The notes below the pieces were generated by a model. It ran no database searches. It had not been told where the DNA came from and was given only the letters and a program-made list of their open reading frames with translations. Shown here piece by piece: positions 11,695 to 25,300 of a stretch of 64,000 nt of DNA. Each line of letters opens with the position of its first letter. The first letter of the stretch is position 1. The translations under genes and the position numbers were made by a program. Origin of the DNA: Basidiobolus meristosporus CBS 931.73 (taxonomy: Eukaryota > Fungi > Basidiobolomycota). Where the stretch lies: assembly GCA_002104905.1 (NCBI GenBank), contig MCFE01000317.1, forward strand, positions 1 to 64,000. The letters are read 5' to 3'.

Positions 11695-13403
11695 ATTGTA
11701 TTTCAGAAGGAATGGGGAGAAATATCACGGAGTCTGCTATTGGAGAGTACGACTGCCCTGACTTTGGCTTACTTTATATCTGACTTCCCCCGATCTAGGT
11801 ACTGGGGCCTGCCAGCTGCAGATTCAGTAAACGTGAGTTACTGGCGACTAATATAGAAAAAGATGGTTCTGATTCTCATTTAATGTACATGCTTGTTACT
11901 TTACTGCTAATTGGTATAACATCAGCCTACAGATGAATATGCGTATCAGAAAACTAAGCAAGGATGGTGTAGTAGCCTAATATGGGAAAAGCATATATTG
12001 CTTAGAAACATGGCCAATAGAATGGTGACAAATCCCTACAGTCTAGAATTGACTCCGTTATAACGTGTTGCGTGAATTGGATATTTATTGCCACAACACG
12101 GGTTTTAAGAGGTTGGGCAAACTCAGATTTGCCATGTAGATAGTTCCCAGTATGCGGGGCTGCATTCGTGAAGTTTAAAAGGGGAGGTATATCCATGAAT
12201 AGATTATCCACATGTTGAACAAAATGGAGTTGAATGCAATTGAATATTTGCCTGAATAAATTTTGGCGCAGGAGTATTCTGTTTGCTAGGAAGAGGGTTA
12301 TAAATTTGTAATTATGGGTGATATATATAAATATATGTGTTATACATCCTTCACTCATTAATAGAATGGCTACGGCGTGCATTGTCATCACGGGCTTTGC
12401 ACTTTGACCAGTTTCACATGCCTGTTACAAGTATGACTTATCAAATCCACTCCCCTGCACTATAAATCTGTATACAACATGCTATACTTTACGCAGAAAT
12501 GTTTGCCTAAGAATAAACAAAGACAGTGAATTCGATTTTAGAGGAATATCTGAATCATCAGAAAGTCTGTTCGCCGTGAAGCGCACTCCCTTAGTGTACC
12601 AGGGCGAAACCAGAGGTGTTCATAGATTTGAGATGTATCCTCGATCGAGTCTTTGCTTTGGAATATAATTCTATAGTAAACAAAGAATGTAGTATATACA
12701 TCAATCTTTGTTGATACGAGTCTGAATAATTTTTGAAAATCTACCACAGAGAATGTCGATGTGAGTGGTGGCGTCATATATGCCACTTCTAGTCTCAGTA
12801 TTCTAGCATCCAAAAATAGCAACGGAGCACTTGACCATGGTAAATACCACTCGAGAGTGTACCATGTAAGAATACGAAAAGCACACTTCAGAATGGTACG
12901 TAAATTACAGTCATCTACGGAAGATCCAAAAATAGCTTGGGGCATCAACTCCACAAATGGCTTAATGAGCAACATTCGGAGTTATCTCGTGAGAGTGAAA
13001 TCCAGTTCTGGTGATTTTGTGAAAATATCAGCCAAAACAGTATTGTGTAAGCTAATGAATATCTCCAGACGAAGGCAGAGTACGGGATTTCAGTTGCGAA
13101 CCATAAAAAGTAATTGTAGCAGGAATGCTACATTAGGAGGTAATGTTCACATGGAATCTGGGTTGATTTTAATTAATGTTATTAATGGTCAAATGATTGA
13201 CATAATTAGTGGCTACCACTGTAGATCATTATATGGTCACCTAGTACAGTGCCAGTTTGAAGCGGAAGTTGAATATACCCCAACCATGTTTGATGGGTGT
13301 AAATCTTGACGAAGTAGACATCTCTTGAACAAGAGATATGTGTGACTGCTATGGACGGAGAAACGGTCATACCCGCCATTACTTCTGTGCTAGCTTCGAA
13401 AGT

Positions 13404-13413
13404 TATATAAAAG
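13404..13413 (+). promoter_or_regulatory. Putative TATA box of the chitinase gene
   Basis: TATATAAAAG about 60 nt upstream of the ATG at 13470. Confidence 0.5.
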
Positions 13414-13469
13414 CGCGAGTGTCTCTCAGTCAATTATCACTTGTCTTCTTTTAGTTAATCAACTCCATT

Positions 13470-14850
13470 ATGAAGCTGTATCTTGCCGCTATTACCACTG
13501 CTTATTTGGCTAATAATGTCCTAGCCAAGCCTATTCCCACCAACAGTGTTCATCTCATTGGGTTCAGTGGTGCTAATGGTGTCTTGAATCATACCGTCCC
13601 TGCTAAGCTTCCGGTCGAACTAAAGCCCGAGCCACGTGTTGGAACTCCGGTAGTTTCATCCAGCGCAGTGCCCATCAAAGGAGCCAAAGTAGTAACCTAC
13701 ATCGATTACCAACGTACCTGGGGACAATCAGGGGCTGATTATGGCGTTCCAGGAACAGTTCCAAAGAACTCCTACAATGTTGTAAATCTGGCCTTCTGGC
13801 TATCCTATGGTGCCTACGATGCTGCTTACACTTGGACGCAGCTGGACAGTGCCACGCGAAAGAGCTATATTGATGCATTCCATGCAGCTGGGGTTAACGT
13901 ATTGGTGAGTGCTTTCGGTGCAGCAGAGTGGCCTGTCACCTCCTATAAAGATCCTGTTGCTACAGCCAACAATCTTGCCACCTTTATCAAGACCTACGGA
14001 CTTGACGGAGCAGATATCGACTGGGAGGATAATAATGCAATGTCAGTACTTGCCATATGAGATTTCCACCACTCATTTACTAATTAACTTTTCTGGACTC
14101 TGTGGAAATTAGGGAGGCGGGCACTGGTGAGAAATGGTTAATCACTTTCCAAAACACCCTCCGCGCTGCGCTTCCAAGCCCATACATTATTACCCACGCT
14201 CCGCAAGCGCCCTACTTCTTTGTAAACACCAAGCAATACCCCAATGGTGCCTACAACGCAGTTCACAAAGCGGTCGGAAGTACCATTGATTGGTACAACG
14301 TCCAATTCTACAACCAAGGAACTACTAAATGTAAGCGGGCAAATAAGACCATCTTGTTCCATATTCTCACAGCCAATCCTGCGAGATTATGTATGAATAC
14401 CGACTAATGTGTCGTTTGATGTCTTTGATATAGATGATACTTGTGACACTCTTTTGAACAAGGCTGATGGGTTCTTCAATGGAACATCTCTCTTTGAGAT
14501 CGCAAACAATGGTTATGGTATTCCCGCCAACAAGATCATCATCGGCAAGCCCGTAACTCCAGCTGGTATATAGGCTTTCTTTTCCAACCTTTTTCTTTAA
14601 AAGCAGCTTACTAAGTTGATTAACTTGAACCCAGGCGCAACCAACACTGGATACATGGATGTCTCCCTTCTTGCTACCTGCCTCAAGCAGGCTAAGACCA
14701 AAGGCTGGAATGGAGGGGCCATGGTAAGTATTTACCGGTAGACGGTATACAATGGAGACTTTGTCTGACAAACTCAATTCCTAGGGCTGGCAATATTCAC
14801 TTGACACTAGCGGCACCTGGAGCAACCAACTTGCCTCAGCCATGCAATAA
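13470..14850 (+). CDS. Secreted GH18 chitinase
   Basis: Signal peptide MKLYLAAITTAYLANNVLA; VLVSAFGA and the catalytic motif LDGADIDWED (DxxDxDxE); ITHAPQAPYF, WYNVQFYNQG and terminal GAM|GWQY across about 5 short introns; stop at 14850. Confidence 0.93.
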
Positions 14851-15657
14851 TCAAGGACCCCGGTTAGGGAGTCACTTCAAAGTATTTGGAATAAACGAAT
14901 CACTCGAATTTACTATTATTAGTTGACAATATGAACTTAATTGTGTTAGCGCCCTGCAAATAATCAACCGAGTCGGGGCGGATTGTCGAATGGGAGTGGT
15001 CCATGTTCTGAATTTCATCTATTCATCTCCATCTGAAGGGAAAATGGAAGCGAACAGAGCCGGTGACTTTCTTCATTGATACTGATCAAGCATTATGTCG
15101 GAGCCCGCCACCGTAAACACGAAACAGCCATATGTGGACCGCTATTGGTGGAAAGGTTTCATATGGTGTGCTCTTTAAGCGTTAGGATTCCAAGACCTGG
15201 CTCAGATCCCAAGGGATACATCACGCTTAATGGTTTGCACCGCTTTTGCATGAAACGGTATTTGGTTCACAATAGATGATCGTCTCTTATTCGTACTTGC
15301 GTGCCTGTGTGCCAACCAATTGTGTCGTGGGAATGGCCAGGCTGAGCGTCATTTTTCTCTTGTCCCCTTGTACCACCTTGAAAGCACCGAGAATAATGGT
15401 GATGGTTTTTATCCAATGGAATCCCCTTGACCTCCGCTATTAATGGGCCTTTCCGCTTAAAACAAACCTTTCTTCCCTTTCACTGACTTCAAGGGTGACT
15501 TTGTGATATTTATTTACGGCTCATATTGAGAAAATTTGAAGCATTTGCATAAACCACCTCTTGACCAAGTTTTGTATTCATGTTTTTCTAGCTCTTCGTC
15601 TTTGTATCACCACCCTGTCAAGCCGAAAATTGTGACTTGTTTTCTCCCCCTTCCAAC

Positions 15658-16592
15658 ATGGAGCCTACTTTTGTAGCCTTGTTCGATATATCTCCGACTG
15701 CAAGGTTTATACATGCTTCGGAATCTGTTTACGAGGTCCTTGGATACGAACCCTGGGAAGTGCTCAATAAGAGCTGGACGGAATTCTACCACCCCACTGA
15801 AGTCAGTGCTATCATGGGTCTGTTTCTTGCCAACATGCGTGATGATACATTCGGCTCCGTTCTTACCTGCCGGATGCGTCACAAGAGCGGTCGTTACATC
15901 CCAGTGGAGATTGTAGGGATTATATGCTACGACGTTGTGGCGAGCACTTTCAGTTTGCGTCCATCCACCGAAGTGGGGATTATGAGTAAGTTCGTAGTAT
16001 CATACGGAGAGTTTCTTGAACACCTGCTTATTATCATTATAATTCCAGCGAACCTCTACACGCCGGTTCAACGAACTTTAATCAGGTATCGAATCACATA
16101 TGTAAGTTACGCAACTTCAATCCCAAATCCACCGGCCAAATATGGAACTTAGTGGTTATTATTCAGGATCAGCACCATCGTGTAATATCCCTACCAGATG
16201 CGCGGATGGAAGAGTATGGAAATATCTCGTTAGAGCCTCGTATCTGCTTCATCATAGACCGTTTCACGAAACTGCATACCATTCAATATGTCTCTCACGC
16301 GACCAAATTCCTATTGGGATACGAGGCTAATTCAATGATCGGGAAACCGTTTTTAGGCTATGTGGCTGAGAAGGATATACCTTTGGTTACCAACATGCTG
16401 CTCGCAACGAAATCCATGTCGCAACTCTATCGATTTTCGTTCCAATTCAAGTCGCTGTTGTTTGGTGACATCCAAATGGAAGCGATTAGCTGCAGTGGCA
16501 GTGAGAGTCTGATATTGTGCTTGCGAGTGGACCCAGAGATGCTGTTTCTGTCTGAGGAGGATGCAGCCTCTGACTTGCATTCTATATACTGA
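15658..16592 (+). CDS. Stand-alone tandem-PAS protein (copy 1)
   Basis: PAS1: FIHASESVYEVLGYEPWEVLNKSWTEFYHP...CRMRHKSG. Introns at about 15986..16048 and 16102..16166. PAS2 begins EPRICFIIDRF...YVSHATKFLLGYEANSMIG. No output domain. Confidence 0.85.
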
Positions 16593-16966
16593 GCAGTGTG
16601 TGTTTCGTCCCATCTTGTAACATATTGGTCTGTCCTTCCTAGTCCCTTGAGCACCCACCCCCGTGTAAAATTTTGTACTCAAAGCCAAATATATATATAT
16701 ACATCTACATATACTGGGATTTCTTATGAAACCAAGTTACTCATAACAGTAACCAAGCATCAATTTCACCGAGTGTGGAAATTTCCCTAGACTAAGATAT
16801 ACCGCGAACGGCCACCTTAAAATCACTCCGACTGTGATTTGATTAATTTCTGCTATACAAATACCCATACCTGAGCATACACAGTCAGGAATACTCTTCA
16901 TATCTCTTATCGCTTGGTGGCTTTATATATTTAGTTGACTTGCTTCAGTTTTGGTCCTCCTTATCT

Positions 16967-18237
16967 ATGACTCGCACTTTCTCTTTGGTCTCAGCCCAGT
17001 CAACTGATATAGGGAACGTCGCTGTTCAGGTAAATCTTCTTCTCTTCACCTATGCCATTGACTAATTCCCCGTTCCGTTGATGGTTCATCCTTCTCATTA
17101 ACTTGACTTTCCTGTATTTTGTTAACAGCAAGATGACGCATTAATCGTCAACTCGGTATTTGGTCCCGAACTGTGCGACCTGTATGCGGTATTTGACGGC
17201 CACGGCTCTTATGTAATTTGTGTCTATTCTTGAGTTGTGGTTGAATCAGTAGTAAACGTCCGTGCAAACTTATAGGGGAATTTGTGTTCACGCTTCGTGA
17301 AGAATACGCTTGCCCAACTAATAACCACGCACAAACAAGCCCTTAACCAAAACATAGAAAAGGCAATCACTCAGCTGTTTCACATCGCCAACGAGTTGCT
17401 GGATGAGGAGAGCGCTATTGATAATTATATCAGCGGCTCTACTGCTGTATTGGTGCTGGTTTTGAACAATCAGCTTGTGGTAGCAAACCTTGGCGACAGC
17501 CGTGCCGTATTGGCTAGAGATACCGAGCAAGGCCTCAAAGCGGTTCCATTGACCGAGTATGTTGAGTATCTTTGCATCCAGACACTGGCCTATCATCATT
17601 TATTGACGCCGTTGAACAGAGATCATACCTGTGAAAACCCTGCCGAGCTCGAACGAGTGAAGAGCTGTGGGGCTCGAGTTGAACAACTACAGATCGGAAA
17701 CGAATTTTGTGGTCAGCTATACTACATTATTGACCAACAGTAGCAAACACAAATCTAACAGTGCTCCCTTGCACAGGCCCCCTTCGAATCTTCAAAGGCT
17801 CACTGCCATACCCTGGGTAGGTACAACAATTTGCATGTGCTGAGTAGACTGCGCTAGAACTTTGAGTCACAGGTTAGCTATGACCAGAGCATTTGGCGAC
17901 TCGTCAGGTAAAGAATTTGAAGCCTTCACACCATGTAATCAGCATTGATCATTACAACTATTGAATTGGCATAACAGCTCGGAAGCTCGGTGTGCTATGC
18001 CAGCCAGATATCAAAATCTATGACGTACAACCAGAGGACAAATTCCTGATACTTGCAACCGACGGTGTATGGCAGGGTGTTACAAACCAAGAGGCTGTTG
18101 AACTGGTCAACCAATATGGGCCAAGTCAAGCTCAAGAAGCGACCACTCACTTGACCAATTTTAGCTTGGAAGCTCAGAGGAAAGCCGATTTCGATGACAA
18201 CACCACCAACATCTGTGTTTTCTTCAAGCGCAGTTAG
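16967..18237 (+). CDS. PP2C/PPM protein phosphatase
   Basis: Multi-exon gene with motifs AVFDGHG, SGSTA, VANLGDSRAV, DHTC, GLAMTRAFGD, LILATDGVW and DDNTT. Confidence 0.92.
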
Positions 18238-18706
18238 ATTTTGAACAAGATATAGACCGATCGATGGAGATTCCTCTTACCATCCTTCCTACCTTTCCCC
18301 ACACAACTGTCCTGAAGTCCGATCCCGGAGTTCAAAATTATGATGTAAGATATTTTTTGTTTGTCTATCTGATACTCTCTACTCTTCATGGGTAGAAGCA
18401 TTCCCATTTCAATAATACATCCTCTACAAAGATTGTTAAAGACACTTATATTTATCCCGAGAAATTAAATTGTAGTTACACGATGCTAATTGAATACTTT
18501 CTATGTAAATATATGTACTACGTATACATTGGAAATAGGTAAAAGCGCAGACCAAGTGATGGCTTGATTCATTAACAGGCCGCAGGAAAAATGAAGAGTG
18601 CTTGTAATATAAGATATTGAGTGTTGAGAAAAGCGATTAATGAATTGGCACATTGGATGCAGGAAAATGTGAGGATTGGCTATGCGAGATAAAGGATTCT
18701 AGAGCT

Positions 18707-21349
18707 TTACAAGTTCAATTTATGAAGTACCTTTTTACAAATATCTCTGTACTCCCAAGGATGTCCAGAGATCCGTCGAAACCGGACACCACAGAGCCCC
18801 AATAACCAAGGTATCTTGACGATGGAGATTTGAAATTTGACCGAGTGGGATGTCTTGCTTTCTGGGTATTCGGAGGAAGAGCCGGAGGAAATACTCCTCG
18901 AGGTGAAACATTCGGATGCATGAGAAGAATCACTTTCCTGTGGGCTACGCAACTTCGTGGAGTCGGTACAACTAGAACTACTGTCAGAAGTGGAAGGGCT
19001 TCGTTGCATCGAAGGCTTCCCTATTTGGGTGCATTCAAAACAGTCGAAGTTTTCCTGCCAAGCGTAGCCTAATTCGTCTAGCACTCGAATGACATCCGCT
19101 CGGATAACCTCTGGCTTCTTGGTACTTGTTGTAGCTACTGAAAACAGGCCTTTTAAAAATACAGGCTTGACATAAGCATCTGTTCGGCCTGGAGACTCTC
19201 GATTGCACGATGGGGTAGCTGGAGACTCTTCGTCCATCTTTCGAGAATGTGTATGAAACCAGATCAGCTTGGATTTTCTTCTTGAGGATTTCTGTGGACT
19301 TAAAGGCTGCTCTTCTGTCTGTACACAAGTTCCAGAGGTTTTAGGAGCTTGTTCGGGGCTGTGCTCGACATTAGAGGTCTCGTAAATTGGACTTAGATGT
19401 CGTTCAGTGGCCGCTGGCTCGTTATTTGAACCATTCCGGAAATTTCGGCCAGGTTTGATTACTTGGCTAAGTCGCCGAAGAACCCCACCAGTAGTACTGT
19501 GATTCCTTCTACGTATTATCGGAGGCTCCTCTCGAGCAGGCTCGGCTGGTTGACTAGACCCTTCAGTGGTAGTGGCTCGAGAAAGAGAAGCGAAATAATT
19601 TGCAGCAGCTTTTCGGATCTCGGCCAAACTGGTTTCGTAACCCGCCGGTACATGCTGATCACGCTCGATCGTGTGGGAAATATCCGTATTGGAAGTTTTA
19701 CAAGCGCCAAGAGAATGATATTCAGCATTCAGTTTTTCCTGGCGAAGTCTCTCCCGATCCAACTTTTCTTTGGCGAGGTAATAAATGGAGAGAAGTGGGT
19801 GGCCAAACGGTTTTTCTTCGATCGTGATGTATTTCTTCAGATATCCGCCAAGCGAGCTGGGAAGTTTGAAGACCGATGTCTGCGATTTTTGGTTCTGATA
19901 AGCTTCACTACTAATGAGGTTCTCCAGCTCCTCTTTTATATGGCTTTCATCACCCAACTCGAAGCCTGCCATTCCTCTCACGATATCCATATCGAGCGGG
20001 AGCTGAAGCGGTGTTCTGTAAGGCACGTAGCTGTTTGGCGGGCCATCGTATCCTTTGCTAATCCAAGGATGCCGTAAGATCTCCGTCATAGTAGCGCGAT
20101 CGGAAGGCTTGGTGTTTAGCATTCTTGATATCAAATGTTTACACTCTTTGGGCAATGTCAGTAAAAAAACAGACCAAAATTTTGCGATTCCGAACTATAC
20201 CTGCACTCAACCAGCTTGGATAATTGATTCGACCCCGCTTTATTTTGGCATGGAGAGCGGGCTGGTTTTGATCATCAAATGGGACTTGGCCGCAAACCAG
20301 CACATAGAGTATAATCCCAATGCTCCAGATATCTACTTCAGGGCCGGTATACGCCTTTGCGCTTAGCAACTCAGGCGCAGCGAAATACAAGGATCCACAG
20401 AACGTGGATAGTTGCGATTGTGGCGAAAAGAGATTTGAAAGGCCGAAATCGATGATTTTGATAGACCCGTCGCTAGCGATCAATATATTCTCGATCTTCA
20501 GATCTACATGGCATATGAGTATGGTGTATGATATTGGATGTGTGAGGGAAAGTTACCTCTGTGAACGATTGAATTCTGATGGCAGTAGTCTAAATGGCAC
20601 ACTTAGGATTTGAGGTTGGACAAGTACAACTGGCCTAAGTAAGCTTACCTATCGCTGAGATGATCTGTCTAATAAACCTCCTAGCATGTTTCTCCTTCAA
20701 CTTACCATGGCTGATTATATAGTCGAGTAGCTGCCCACCACTAATATACTCCATGATTAAATAATAGTGACTGGGTCGCACAACGACTTCCTTCATTTTC
20801 ACGATATTCGGATGGTTGAGTAGTGACATGATTGCTGCTTCTCGAACGACCCTGACTTCCCTATTCTCCTTTTTGGAGCGCTTTTTGCCGTCCGAAGATG
20901 TGCGTGGGATGATTTTAATCGCTACCTAGTATACATAACCAAGTTGTTAGAGACATACGTTGATCACACCACATTTGCTTATTAGATAAGCAAGCAGCAT
21001 TCAGGGCGCCCAAGAGAGGATAACTCGAACACTAGGTATGCTTTACTTGAATAAGTATAGATACCTTTTCTCCAATGGTGCTGTGCAAGCCTAGTTTAAC
21101 TTTTCCCATGCTTCCCGAGCCCAGTGTCTTTATCAATTGATAGTTGTTTATGGACCTTTTTTGAGTCGCCGAACCCGCCTGTGAGGTAGATTGACTGACA
21201 TTGGTCTCACCACTCTGCTCTTCTTTATTGTCCTCAGAAGTTGGGAATTGAGTGGGGGGATCGATTCTCTCGGCTACCAAAGCTAACTGTTCTCGCTCTT
21301 GCCTTGGTAAGTCCGAAATAGGGTCCGAAAAGACTCGACGATGTGGCAT
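18707..21349 (-). CDS. KIN1: Kin1/Kin2-type (MARK/PAR-1) Ser/Thr kinase with C-terminal KA1 domain
   Basis: [51 protein letters not shown]; [17 protein letters not shown]; KA1 end [29 protein letters not shown]. Several introns. Confidence 0.93.
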
Positions 21350-22053
21350 TTATCAAAGCGAACTAACTTATTCTACAGTTTCGAGTGGTCAAGTGGCGTT
21401 CCAGAAAGAAATCAATATTTGGAGTGGGTTAATATCACCAGTGTGCATGTATATATATGTCATCGCCTTCCAAGAGAATCAATGAGTGTTCGGTATTAAA
21501 TATTATTTAAGACGATCCATATTCAATGATACAGATTAGTCATATCTTGAGCCACCTAGGAAGATGAACACATCATGTTGAAAAGCAACAACTGCCAAAT
21601 ATGAATATCGGCCATGGTGCTTAATCAGAATATCGATTTTAAAATACATCGCCAATTCAGCCGGACGTTCTTAGACTAAGAAAGCCTCTAGATGTGAGAT
21701 ATATATATTAGGGGCTGCATACCTGGTTGCCTACTTTTGGATCCATTGTACTCAGAAAAGAAATGCGCAAATGACCACAATCGCGCAGTTTTGGATGGCC
21801 ATAAACCCAATGGCTTGTTGATTTTCCAAAGGAAGGAATGGATCGTTAAAAATATACTTGATTTGCGCACTATAAACACCGGATAATTTAAGATTTCAAT
21901 GGAATTTGTCGATATGCGCTGCAAAGATAAACACACTCCTTGATGGATGCTCTACGAAGCTTATCACATTATTTATTGTCTTAACAGAAGAAAATTTAAT
22001 TACTGTACAATCCTCCTTGATTCAAGTGGTATGCTGTTGGGGAATCGACTCTA

Positions 22054-22497
22054 TTATGTACCTAGCACTGCAAAATGCTCCAACGCCGAGTCGAAATCTT
22101 TTTCCAAGGCTTCGTATTCCTCTGCTTTCTCTTTGCGGCTCTTCGCCTTGTCCTCCTTGGTCATCTATAGAATGTGAAATGATCGTTTAGATACTACTTT
22201 GATGTACTAAGGTCCTGACCACGCCGCACGTACCTTTTTATTTTTCGTGCCAAAACTATAGACCTCGCCTATGAGCCCGTTCAACTCATCGCGTAAACTG
22301 GAGTCCCGCTCCTTATTTTGGGTCCTCTTTGAACTCTTTGTCTTATTCGGTGTACCGCTTGATCCTGGTGTACCACGAGTGACAGTTTGAAGACCTTTGG
22401 AAGGAGTGTTGAGTTTTGCGGGAGAAGCGTAAGGATGGTGCTTCACCCGAGATGGGGTCTTGATCTGAGGGTTTTTTTTTGTGTTTGCTGGTGGCAT
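22054..22497 (-). CDS. Small basic hypothetical protein
   Basis: Exon 1 is Lys/Pro-rich (MPPANTKK...DELNGLIGEVYSFGTKNKK|GTACGT). Exon 2 follows a TAG acceptor: MTKEDKAKSRKEKAEEYEALEKDFDSALEHFAVLGT*. Confidence 0.65.
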
Positions 22498-24257
22498 GGT
22501 AGAAGTCTAGGAGCAACGGAACTCCCGCCTCGGCAATCTCTATTTGTGTCGAATTTTTTGCCACTTTGAGTAAAAAAAATTTCTACCGTTCATTTTTGAT
22601 CATTTTTTAATCATCTTTTTATTCCTGATTTATATGTTCCGGAATCACCCGTAATTTGGCCATCACACAAGCATGACCAGAGGGAATCGAATGCGGGATC
22701 AATTTAAACAAAATTGGTTGGTAATGCCATATGAAGGCTAATTCAGCATTATTTGTTGTAGGCAGTACGCTTCTCCACACCTTCAAACCGGAAATACGAC
22801 GTTCCACACGTTGAAGATTGGCTCTTTGCAGGCGGTTTTATTATCTACAGCCCGAACTTTATTCCGCACCTCTTGATTAGGCCTAGTCTTCCGTGAGGCA
22901 ACAGTAGCTTGCTAGGTGATGGGGGGCTTAGAAACTGTACGCCTCCTTTTTTGGCGACTGCCCTGTGGTATAAACATAGAGTATTGATTCTGTCGATGGC
23001 GAAGTGCTTATGCATCTAGCCGGATAGGTCAATGGGAATATCGATCGCCTAACGGCGGCTCCAGAAGTGGATGAGCGCATCCTTCTGCGCCTGATGCACC
23101 ACCGCATTCGGATCAACTTTACGGAAAGGATGCCGATGATCTTGGACTAGTCACAGTGAACGCTATTTACCGTAGCTCATCATCATTCAAATCTCAGTGG
23201 ATGTCTCATGATTCAGGCTGGGCAGCGGCTCCAATTCGTTGATGAGCAAGGTTTCCTTTCATAGTCTAGTATTTAATTTGAGTTGTTTAGGGAATTGCCA
23301 GGCAATATCGTTAGAAATGGGATCAGCTGTACGGCCATTTCCATGAGCCAGCGCATAAGGAATGCGAAACATGTCTTTGCTTACCTCGCACCTATATCGC
23401 AGATAAAGCTGTTTCAAGCTAAGGGCCAATCGGTGGGCGCCATTCCATCGCTTCGATTGAAACAGCTCAATTTTTTATCCCTGATCCTAAAGAGAACGCA
23501 AGCTGGCCCCCAAATCAAATCTCGCATTTAGTATCGAAAAAACCAGTCATCCGGATGCTAGGTGCTATTTCAGTGATTGAATCAGTTGCCGTGCCCCCAT
23601 TGGCTCCGGCGGGAGAAGAGCTTGCACCACAAATGTGATCACTGAGATGCGATTTAGCGTTCTTTCTTAATCTGGCAGTATCACTTGGAGCCATTTTGCC
23701 TTTATATGCTTGCACTGATACTTGAATCGATCTTGCTCTTCACAATTAGTAAGATGAAAAATCGTTCAGGGATGGGATGCACTCTAGTAGGGTGAGGAAC
23801 TCCACGGCTGATATGTACTCTAGGATGCTTCCAACACAACATACCGGCTGGTTTGATTCTGGGAAAAACACGGTGATCGTGTTGTAAACGACTGATTCGG
23901 GCGCCCTTGTCAATGGCTAATTGATGAGTTGTGATAATAGGTGTCACTTTTGATTGTGACAGAACGATTCTCATAATCTTAATCTATTGGATTGGTAATT
24001 CCTCGATCACTTCGACTAATTAAGGTTGGTGAACTACCCCTCGCTCAATTTGGTCAATCATTTGATAACACCCGAGATATCGTCCATTTCAATATAAAAA
24101 GCATTCTTGCTCCAACCATCCATCCAAACAACGCCTTCGTATAATTTCTCATTTTTCGCGTATTTGTCTTTATATTGCTTCTTGCCCTTAGCATTTTCCA
24201 CAGTTTTGTCCCATTCTCCGTATATACATAGTCATCCAACGAGCATTTCTACATTAA

Positions 24258-25300
24258 ATGATGGAAGTACTGCACACACGAAAGGCCAGCTTGCCTAATT
24301 TCAAATCGTTTCGTAGTCATAACGTAGATTATGTCTACCAACGGCGAAGTAGCCATAGTCAAGCCACCACAAGGACTGAACCGACACCAATCCCAGCCAA
24401 GCTGCGAAAGTCAAGTGCTCCCACGATACTTGAAGACCCTTTGGATTCGAGAGTGATGAGCGTATGCTCAGATGCGCAAAGCCTGGGGCCTATACGGAAC
24501 CGACGTGGCAGCATGAATAGCCGTAACGGTCTGGATGACGATGCCATCTTTGTAGAGCTCGTCAATCCTAGCGATCTTCGCTACTGCCCTTACCTGGTTT
24601 TCACACATCACCCACACAATATTGGGGACGAGAGCCAGGACTCAACCAGCAATCTAAACGAGATGGGTTACTTTCCCCTATCCATTCCGATCAATCCCCA
24701 TACGCACCATGTCATCGAAGCCTATCAACTGAACGACAAGCGCATGCTGTTAGTAATCGAAAACTACTGGACAAAATGCACAGAGATCTATTTCGATTCC
24801 ATCAAGAACATCATAAACTTGGTCAATTTGAAGGTACCCGCATTCACATTGAACGCACAGTGTCATCTGACAACGTTGAATCAAGTAAAAAGCATGCTTG
24901 CTTTATATGATATCATCGGGAATGAGGTACAATTTGGTCATGTAATCTATCCATCAGCAATCTACTCACATTTCTCCCCAAGTTATTCCTGGTATCATAC
25001 GCCACTGGTGTTGAACAACCTGTATCATCCATCTCCTTCAACCAACATGCAGTGAGCAACCAGATGAAAATCCGAAATCTATTGTTCGTTTTGGGAACGG
25101 ATGAGCTGTGTTTCGTCGAGTCGACAGGGGCGTTGAAAATGTTCGATCTAAACCAAAACACATTCCGTACTTGAAGCACCATGAACAACCCTTTGTACAT
25201 TGTTTTACCATGTAACCTTATTCACTGTTCAGATCACATTTGTAATCACTCTGCGCTCATACCCTTGTGCAATCCAATGTCGAGCCTTACTCACTGGGTT
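24258..25300 (+). CDS. Hypothetical protein: disordered N-terminus plus beta-rich module; 3' end uncertain
   Basis: 265-aa ORF 24258..25055 plus a downstream coding-like segment 25064..25166 (MKIRNLLFVLGTDELCFVESTGALKMFDLNQNTFR) flanked by CAG and GT. Confidence 0.6.

Noticed and set aside
19463-20077. 204-aa plus-strand ORF within the Kin1 gene
   Set aside because: Antisense shadow of a well-supported kinase exon.
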